From Thalia democratica (lineage: Eukaryota): a stretch of 64,000 nucleotides of DNA. The position numbers were made by a program, and so were the translations under genes. The notes under the pieces were generated by a model. That model ran no database searches. It saw nothing but the letters and a program-made list of their open reading frames with translations, and was not told where the DNA came from. How positions within the stretch are numbered: the first letter of the stretch is position 1; each line of letters starts with the position of its first letter. Shown here piece by piece: positions 12,715 to 21,871 of this stretch. The stretch is taken from positions 37,014,001-37,078,000 of the forward strand of contig OZ241829.1 of the NCBI GenBank assembly GCA_965202585.1. The letters are read 5' to 3'.

Positions 12715-15700
12715 ATGAGGAGCATTTCTATTGTCGCCCTTTTGGTGGCAGTTGTCTTCGCACAAGAAGTCCCACGTTAGTATTCAATAAAAAACTTTTG
12801 TTTCAACATATAAAAAATAAATAATCTTTTTTTTTTATAGCACCACCAGTACCCGAGTCCGCTTGCGTACTCACTGGAGACCTTCAGTTCGTCATTGACT
12901 CTTCATCGTCTATCGGTGAAGAAAACTTCGCCCTTGTCAAAGACTTCGTCTACGAAGTAAGAAAATAAACTTTTTTTTTATTATTTTTGGACATAATTTA
13001 AATTTTAAGTTAATAGAGGTATAAAATAAAAACACTGATGTCATTTATTAATCTTAACTAAAACAGGTTGTCTCGAACCTTGATGTCGGAAAAGACGCTG
13101 TTCGTGTTGGTTTGTCCAGGTACAACTCTTGGGTCGATCACAGGTTCTTTTTGAACACCATGACCGATAAGGACGCCGTCTTGGAAGAAATCCAAAACTG
13201 TCCTTACTACGGACGTGGCACAAGAACTGCCCAAGCTCTGTCCGAAGTTGCCGCTCACGCACTTCAGCCATACAATGGATACAGAGGACATCCCACCGCA
13301 GTTGTTGTAATCACTGACGGAAGAAGTCAAGATGCTGCTGGTCTTGCTGCTGCAGCTAAAGCCGTCAAAGGTAGTTTTACTAAAAAAGCAATTTAGTTTT
13401 TCACTATTTTATACTTTTATTTGATAACATTTTATTACAATTAAAATAAAATTTTGCAATCTACATCTAAAAAAAAAAACGAAATTTTCATCTTAAAAGA
13501 AACTGTATTTAAAAATCTAGTTAAAGCATACTCGACAGAAAATTTCAATTTCAATTTAAAGCTTAATAAACAAGTTTATTTGCTATTTGCAAACAAAAAA
13601 AAAAGATCGTACAAAAACAAAAATATTCAAACGAATTTTGTCTTATTAGCAAAAGCTACTCGCGTCATTGCCATCGGTATTGGACCTAACGTTGTTGGTG
13701 AGGAACTAGTCACCATTGCTTCTCAACCCAGTGACACCAACGTCTACATGACCCCATCTTTCGAAGAACTGTCCGGAGTTGTCGGAGAAATCCTCGAAAA
13801 GGTAATAATGCCTTAATAGTTATACCTCAGCTATTAAACTGGTTTAAAAAATAAGAAGATCGAAAAGTTTGATACATAAGTTTATACTGTTTGTTTTTGC
13901 TTGAAAGATACTTTTAAACACTAACACTTTTACAAATAATTTAACTTGCTTATATGTTAGTATGACTTTTGTTTGCAATAAAACAAAAAACTTTTAAGGT
14001 TTGTGAAATTGAAGACGATGTCAATGAGTGTGCCGTCGGAAACGGAGGTTGCCAAGTTGAATGCGTTAACACTTTGGGCGCCTACTACTGCGATTGCCCC
14101 GCTGGATATGTTCTTAGCGGAAGCACTGAATGTCAAGATGTTGACGAGTGCTTGGAAGAAAACGGTGGATGTGAAGGTGGTTGCGAAAACAGCATTGGAA
14201 GCTACACCTGTACTTGCCCCGAAGGACTTGTTCTCGGAAACGATGGACTTTCATGTGGTTAGTAAAAGTTTACAAAAAAAAATATTTAAGTTAAAATTGT
14301 TTTAGAAATTAATTCCTTTTACAGTTGAAGATAGCTGCTTCGGAAACGATGCATGCGCTCACACTTGCCAGAACGTCGAAGGCGGAGAGTTTGTCTGCGT
14401 TTGCGACGCTGGATACGAACTTGCTGAAGATCTCGTCAGCTGCGTAGGTTAGATAAAAAATAGTTTTTATTTTTTGCTACCTTGGATAAACTGTTTTAAA
14501 ATTTATATTGCATTTTTAAAGAAAAATTTAAGAGCAAATAAAAATCAAAGAAACTATTATTTCTACAAAATACGTTTAATAAGTAGGTAAAATTTAAAAT
14601 TATTGAAACTTCTATTTTTTGGAGACAATAAATAATGTATCATTCAAAAGTTTTATTAATAGAAATGTGCACAGAGTATAGTAAACAATTGTTTAATACT
14701 AAAATTTGAGTGCAAGATAAAAACGTAGCACAGTTTTTAAATTGTAAAAAAAAACCGCAAAGCATGTTGCTGTGGTTTTTAGAAAAAACTACAAATCTTT
14801 ATCGAAATCATCGACATTTAAACTTGTCCTTAGGCAAATTAACACGTCAACTTTAAAATTTAATATCTATAAAAAGTTTTAGTTTGTGAGCAGCTTTTAA
14901 AGTCAAAGAAAAAATTAATAACAATTGAATAATTTTATCTAGATAATTGTACAAAATACTAAAAAAAGGGTTTTCTCTAGAACCAAAAACATTCTTGATC
15001 TAATATTTTTTCAACTAAACTAGATATTGACGAATGCTTGGAAGGTATCTCAGGTTGTCAACACGGATGTAACAACACCGTTGGAGGATTCACTTGCTCA
15101 TGTCCCGAAGGTCAAGGACTTCGTGATGATGGTCTTACTTGTGGTACCATTTGCTACACTTGCGAAAATGTCCTTTCCAACGACGAATGCAATGAAGCCG
15201 TTATCTGCTCAGATTTGGAGGTAAAAAGAAAGCAGTGTGAAATTTATTTTATGACGTTGAGTTATGTTATAGGAAACCTTTAAGGCTTAACTTTATATAC
15301 TTGATGATAAAATAAATAAAAAATGACATAACATAAAACAAACGTTTAAACCATACACAGTTAGTATTATTATTAAAATATTATTATTTTACCGCGTGTT
15401 AAAGAATAATAAAATTTCAGACTGCCTGCCAAACTAAGACTCGTCTTGTCGATGGCCTTCTTTACATCACCAAAAGATGCAAACAGCCTGAAGCTTGCTC
15501 AAACAACCAAATTCAAAACCCCCGTGATGCTGTTGATATCAAGCAATGTCAACTCGAAGGAGAAGTATCTGTTTGCAGGTGCTGTTGCTTCGAATCATAC
15601 TGTAACTCCGCTGGCGACTGTGAAGATGCTGACAATGGTGTAAGATGCCCATCTACTGACACTCTTGTTCCACCTAACGGGGGAAGTCTTGAATGCTCAG

Positions 15701-18700
15701 GAAATGCTGTAAGTGTAGTTTTTAGTTATATCAAGTAACAACTTTTATTTATCTAAATGTCTTGTATAAATGTACAGATCGGTGATTCATGCGCCATTGT
15801 CTGCCCTGCCGGATACGCTCCTGCTAACGGAAACGATCAAGTTTTCTGTAACTTGAAACCAAGATCTTTGGAAGGTGCTTGGGTTGGAGAAATCTCACCA
15901 TGTGTTGACATCAATGAGTGTCTTGACAACAACGGAGGTTGTTCTCACGACTGCGTTAATTTGAACGGAACATACGAGTGCAGATGTCCCAATGAAAACC
16001 CATGTCAGTTCCAAGTATTCGATCTTTTGTTCATTGTTGACTCATCTAGTTCCATTGGTGAAGCTAACTGGGCTACTATGGTCAACTGGCTTAACACCGC
16101 TGCATCCCTCTTTACCGTCGGACAAGATTTCACAAGGGTAAGTACTTTTTTATGAGACATACAAGCGTTTTATTAATAAGATTTAAGTGTTAATTGGATA
16201 TATTTTTAATCAGATTGCTATGGTAACTTACAACAACAACCAAGTTGCAAGAATGTTCTTCAACGAAATTGACAGCATCGAAGAGTTCCAACAAGGTCTT
16301 GATGTTAGTTTAAGTGAACATACTAAGCCTTAAAAGTTTCAATAAGATTAGTTTAAAAGTTAAAAATACAACACATTGAAAACAGGGTATTATCTATGAA
16401 GGACGTGGTACTAGAACAGCTTCCGCTATCAGGTTCTCTGCCGCTGAAATGCTGTCAGCTGCTTCTGGACGTCGTGCTTTCGCACCATTGGCAACTGTAG
16501 TAATTACTGATGGAAGAGCTTCTGATAAGAGATTTATGGATGAAGCCCTTGCACAATTGGTTGCTGCTGGATCCGTCAACTTTGCCATTGGTGTTTGTAA
16601 GTAGCCTAAATTTACGTTTAATACTAGGGAATAGGCTTCTATAACCGAATATTATCATTGCAGCTGAAAACTCTAACGAAAAAGAGTTGTTGAAAATTGC
16701 TGGAGGAGTCTCAGCCAGATACAGGCAAGTTGACAACTTCGATGCCCTTACCGAAGAACTTCTTAGTGATATGAGCATTTGCATTGGTGCTGAAGATCAG
16801 CATTACATGACTGTGAGTTAAAGATTTTTTTGTTAAGTACCACTATAACTGTTTATTAAACTTGACGTTTTTACTAGTCTGACGGTAAAACTTGTGATGT
16901 CGATGAGTGCGCTTACGACAACGGTGGTTGCTCCGATGATTGTGCTAACACTATCGGTTCATACGTGTGCTTGTGTCCACCAGGTGAAGAAATTGTAAAC
17001 GACGGTAGAACTTGCGATCTCAACGAATGTGCTGTCGGAAACGGAGGTTGCTCTGGTGATTGTGTCAACACTCTCGGTGGTTTCCACTGCTTGTGTGACA
17101 ACGAATTCCAAGTTGTAAGTATTTTTTTTCTGACAGATTACTTAATTATTTAGAGTAGTAGTCAAAATATGATTTTTATAGGATGGAGTCGATTGTGTAG
17201 ACTACAATGAGTGCGCTGACGACAACGGCGGTTGCTCACATGATTGCGTCAATCTCGTAGGAAGTTTCGAATGTGTCTGCCCACCAGGACTTGCACTTGA
17301 CACTGACGGTCTCACTTGTGTTGCTGATAGCTGCTTTGGACGTGACCATCCTGAACTCTGTGAGCACATTTGCACCAGCATCCCCGGAGGCGACTACGTC
17401 TGCTCATGCCAAGACGGTTACGAACTTAGCGAAGACATGCACAACTGTACTGAAGTCAACGAGTGCGACCGCAACAACGGTGGCTGCCAATATGATTGCA
17501 TCAACTTCGAAGGAGGATTCGAGTGTGCTTGCCCAGAAGGTATGTTCTTGCACACTGATGGAAAGAGCTGTGTCATCCAATGTTACACTTGCGAAAATGT
17601 CGGATCAAACGAAGAGTGCAGCGACCTTGTTGTAAGTACTTTTGAAATAGCTAGTGTATGTAGAGTTATTCTTATTTTACTTATTGTGAATAATTTTTAG
17701 ACTTGTCCACCAAGCGAGACTGCTTGCTTCGCCACTATGCGTACACGTGGATCTGAAGTTCTTATTACTAAGGGATGCAAACAAGATCTTGCTTGTGTCA
17801 ACAATCTTGTCCAAAACCCACGCGACCAAGGTGAAGGTCCATCTCAATGCAACGTGAACGGAATCCACTCAAAATGCGAGTGCTGCTGCTTCACTACTGA
17901 ATGCAATGCTGACTTGTGCCCATACCCCAACGAATGTAAGAGTTTTTTTCAAAGATAAGATAAATACTAAAAAGACAAAACTCTAAGTTATAATTTTGTA
18001 CAGTACCAACTTGTGCATCTTTCGTCGTTGAGAACGTTGTTTTCCGTGGTGTTGATTTGGATGGTTCAATCCTTCCAGGAGGTGTTGCTGCACTTGTCTG
18101 CCCAGAAGGGTTTGAACCCAGCTTTGGAGATGCTGGAGTTACCAAGCTTAACTGCGTCTACGACATGCTCAACGGAACATCTGCTTGGGATGGTTCATCA
18201 GAAGACTTTGACGTTTGCGTTGGTCAGTAAAATATATATTAACTGTCTATATTAATGAATAGTTAAATAAAAAAATTGTTTTTAGATATTGACGAATGTG
18301 CTGTAGACAACGGTGGCTGCGTTGCACCAGCATCTTGTGTAAACTACCCTGGTGGTTTTGAATGTGTATGCCCAGACTTCCCAGAAGATTACATTCTCGT
18401 TGATGGAACTATCTGCGAAAGAGATGAGTGCGCAGATATCGACCAAGGAGGTTGTTCTCACAACTGTACTAACACCATCGGAGGATACATGTGCTATTGC
18501 CCTGGCGAGCTCAGCCTTGTTACTGACGGACTCACTTGCGGTAGGATTGCCTTATTAAAATAATTATAATCAAAAATTTTTCACAATGAACCAAAATTTG
18601 TATGATTAGGTGTTTAAAAAAATATGAAACAAAGTAAACAAATAACTTATAACTTCAGACATCGACGAATGCCGTGAAAACAACGGAGGATGTGTTGAAA

Positions 18701-21700
18701 TTTGCATCAACACTTTGGGAGGAAACGAGTGTGGTTGTCACAACGCTGGATATGCTGTCGGTGAAGACGGTGTTACTTGTGAAGATATCGACGAGTGCTT
18801 GACCGATAACGGTGGCTGTAGCGATGTTTGTGTAAATACTGACGGAGGCTTTGAGTGCTCATGCTCAGAAGGACGTATTATGAATGAAGATGGTATGACA
18901 TGCCGGTAAGTAGGATAATCACAAACTTAATAAAAATTATGAGCTAAAAAATAAACTTTAAAAAAATTTCTATCAATGATTTTTATAATAGTGATGATCC
19001 TTGCTTCCCTGACAACGGTGGTTGCGAACAACTCTGCATTGTCGATGGGGATAACACTATTTGCGCTTGTGAAAGTGGATTCACATTGAACGATGACGGA
19101 ACCTGCACTGATATTGACGAATGTGCTCCAGGAGTCAACACTTGTAGCTACAACTGCACAAACACCATTGGAGGTTTCCAATGTAACTGCCCACCAGGAA
19201 CTGCTTTGGATCACGATGGAATAACTTGCGGTAAGTTTAGAAATAAACTAAAAGAAGAACAATCTAAACAGGACAATTTTTAAAATGTTACTTTTACATT
19301 CTGATAGGATTTGCATGTTTCTCATGTCACGGAGCTGCTACTAACGAAGAGTGCAATGCTGGACCTATGGAAGTATGTAGACCAGACTCACAGGCTTGTG
19401 AAAATGAAGTTCGCGTCCACCACGGAAAGAAACAAATTTTCAAGAGGTGCAAACAAGAGCATGCTTGCAGAAACAACCAGATCCAGAACCCACGTCAAGC
19501 TTTCTTACCAACACAGTGTAATGGTGATGAAGAAAATGACGTATGCAGATGCTGTTGTACCAGCCATTTGTGTAATGAAGCCGAACGTGTTTGCAGCAAG
19601 AGATGCAACATTAACAAAGCCGATCTTGCTATTATCATGGACTCTTCAAGCTCTGTCAAAGTCAAGAATTTTAACACCATGAGATCTTTCGTTCAGAATC
19701 TCGTAAACGCTTTCCAGGTTGGAGTCGGAATGGTCCACGTAGCTCTTATTAGGTACATATATTCTGTTGCAATGCTTTAAATATTAAAATTAACTTTTTT
19801 TTAATTCTTAAATCTTAAAACAGGTACAACAAAAACGTCGATGTCCGTCGTACATTTGCTGACAGCCAAACTGCCAACGCAGTCATGGACGATGTTCGTC
19901 AAACTCCTTACAGAGGATCTGGAACCAGAACTGGCCAAGCCATTCAGTACGCTCTTGAAAACATCTTCAAGACAGGAAATGGTATGAGAGCTGATGTTCC
20001 TCAAATCTTGGTCACAATTACTGATGGAAAGTCACAGGTTAGAATTTGTAAATGCATTTTCATATTTAACTAATTTATATCATAAAGTGCGTGAAGAAAA
20101 AAAAATATGAATATGTTCTTACCTAAGATAGTTTATTTATAACATTAGTATAGTTTTAAATAAAAACCAAACTAAATCAACTGTTTTAATTTTAGGATGA
20201 TGTTCTTGCCCCAAGTGAAGCTATTAGAGCAGCTGGAATTTCAACCTACGCCGTTGGTATTGGTACCACAATCGACAGATCTGAGGTTGTAAAGATATCT
20301 GGAGCCGAAGACCGTGCTTTCACCACTGCTTCTTTCGCTGCTTTGGAAACTACTGTACTTGAAAACATCCGTGTTTCTCTTTGCCAGAGTTAGTTTTATG
20401 CAAGATTATATTAAAAAAAAAATACTGAACAAAAAAAACTACTAATACATTTTTTAGACAAAGACGAATGTTTGGTTAACAATGGCGGTTGTTCTCATAC
20501 TTGTACTGACACTGACGGTTCATACATGTGTTCTTGCCCTGAAGACTTCGTTCTTAGTGGAGATCTCCGTACTTGCGTCTCAATCGCCGGTAAGATTTCT
20601 TACTATAAATAAAAAAAAAATTACTTAGTGATTAAAGATTATATAAGAACGATTAATGAAAATTAAAAAATGTATATATACTATTAGGATAAATTATATT
20701 TCAACTTTTGTTTTCAGAAAACCCTGATCAAGTTGATAATGTTGATGAGTGTGCCGATGACAACGGTGGCTGTACTCACACTTGTCAAGATACTGAAGAA
20801 GCATACGAATGCTTGTGTCCTGATAACATGTACTTGGAAGCCGACAACAAAACTTGCGCAAGTATGTAGACCTTCCTTTCGTTTTATATCTTGAAATACT
20901 TACATTAATTTAAACAAACTTTAAAGGCATCGACAACTGTGCTAGCAGCCCATGTGAACAGCAATGTGTCAATACTTTAAGTGGATACTTCTGTGAATGC
21001 GGTGCCGGATTTGTCCTTAATGCCGATGGATCAACTTGCTCCGCACGCACAACTGCTGTAGGCTGTGGTGCCGGATTCTCTCCTCTTGGACAAACTTGTG
21101 TTGCTGTTGTAGATGTTGCCACTTCTTTCGCTGACGCTGCAGCCGCTTGTACTGGTTTGGGAGCACGTTTGATGGCTGTCAATGACCTTGGAACTGCTAT
21201 TTTGGTCGGACGCGTTGCTGCCGGAGCTTGGGTTGGTTCATCAAGCGAACTTGAAGCTGGAGTATTTGTTAACTCTGACGGAAACGTCAATGCTTTGGAC
21301 AACTGGGCTGATGGTTCACCTGGAGATTTCAACAAGTGCGTGTATGTTGATGCAAACGGAAAGTTCAACACTGATAATTGTCTTTTCCGTAGACAAGCTG
21401 TCTGTGAAAAAGGTTTGCAACTTGTTAAAGCGAATAAAGTTATAAATTATTAAACTAAATTAATATTTTTTAAATAGCTCGTGCCGGTGGAGAAATTGCC
21501 TTCCTCAGTACCTGGCCAAATGGTGCTCAAGCTAGAGCTTCCTGGGTCACCGGATCACCATTCTTGAAGGTTTCAATGCCTACCATGATCAAGAGCGTAT
21601 CGGTAAGTTTTTAAACACACTATAATTAAACATAAAAAGTTATGTTTCGAACTTATTATTAATTGTTTGCAGTCATGGTTCTGTACTGTTGTGAGAAACG

Positions 21701-21861
21701 AAGGTAGCGCAGTGATCTTCTCTCAGAGCGATCTCGAGCGTGTATCTGGAAATGGATACTGCGAATTCGTTTTCGAAGGAAAAGAACAAGTACCAGTTGG
21801 TAGCTGCACAGTAGAAGCACTGAAAGATAGTAATAGTAATGGTGATTATGATGATTATTAA
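12715..21861 (+). CDS. Large secreted vWA/EGF/Ly6(three-finger)/CCP/C-type-lectin mosaic protein, copy 1 (27 coding exons, 2039 aa)
   Basis: Manually spliced exons, all GT-AG with consistent phases, total 6120 nt: 12715-12775, 12841-12956, 13067-13370, 13650-13801, 13999-14257, 14325-14447, 15024-15220, 15421-15708, 15778-16137, 16214-16303, 16386-16596, 16664-16812, 16878-17114, 17182-17631, 17701-17935, 18004-18222, 18286-18540, 18659-18905, 18992-19230, 19308-19752, 19824-20037, 20196-20388, 20458-20589, 20718-20861, 20927-21412, 21478-21602, 21673-21861. It starts with signal-like [20 protein letters not shown]. It has three vWA domains with DSSSS/GTRT/ITDG MIDAS residues, 19 EGF repeats (many D-I/V-D/N-E-C calcium-binding type), 3 Ly6-like, 2 CCP and 1 CTLD, and no transmembrane segment. 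It ends GDYDDY*. Confidence 0.93.
12864..14004 (+). other. vWA domain 1 of copy 1 (Cys-flanked, intact MIDAS)
   Basis: [18 protein letters not shown] ... GRGTRT ... [10 protein letters not shown] ... ILEKVC. Confidence 0.9.
15152..15621 (+). other. Ly6/uPAR (three-finger)-like domain 1, 14-Cys variant; paralogous domains at ~17581-17920 and ~19316-19590
   Basis: CxxC start, CKQxxAC, NNxxQNPR and C-x-CCC-x4-CN-x3/5-C end are present in all three. Confidence 0.75.
15907..16895 (+). other. EGF domain interrupted by vWA domain 2 (copy 1; copy 2 equivalent 43937-44908)
   Basis: DINEC..C..C..C.CP-NENP-[[17 protein letters not shown]...SDMSIC][16 protein letters not shown]. EGF Cys1-5 precede the vWA and an EGF-type SDGKTC ending follows it. 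Confidence 0.75.
21064..21405 (+). other. C-type lectin-like domain of copy 1 (within exon 25, 20927-21412; copy 2 exon 25 is 49260-49745)
   Basis: [13 protein letters not shown]...[15 protein letters not shown]...WVG...NWADGSPG...KCV...NTDNC...VCE. It lacks EPN/QPD and WND. Confidence 0.8.
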
Positions 21862-21865
21862 ACGG

Positions 21866-21871
21866 AATAAA
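21866..21871 (+). terminator. Candidate polyadenylation signal of copy 1
   Basis: AATAAA lies 5 nt after the stop. It is unusually close, and other AATAAA occur downstream in AT-rich DNA. Confidence 0.25.

Noticed and set aside
15221-15283. Intron 7 read-through giving a hydrophobic tail ([20 protein letters not shown]) conserved in both copies
   Set aside because: The whole 200-nt intron is near-identical, so the conservation is explained by conversion or recent identity. Retention would cut a Ly6 domain in half.
20910-21371. Long antisense ORFs over the mosaic genes (e.g. 153 aa here, 162 aa at 49216-49704, 109 aa at 16455-16784) and shifted-frame sense ORFs
   Set aside because: They are shadows of biased codon usage in the real exons. 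They have no domain signatures and are confined to exon footprints.
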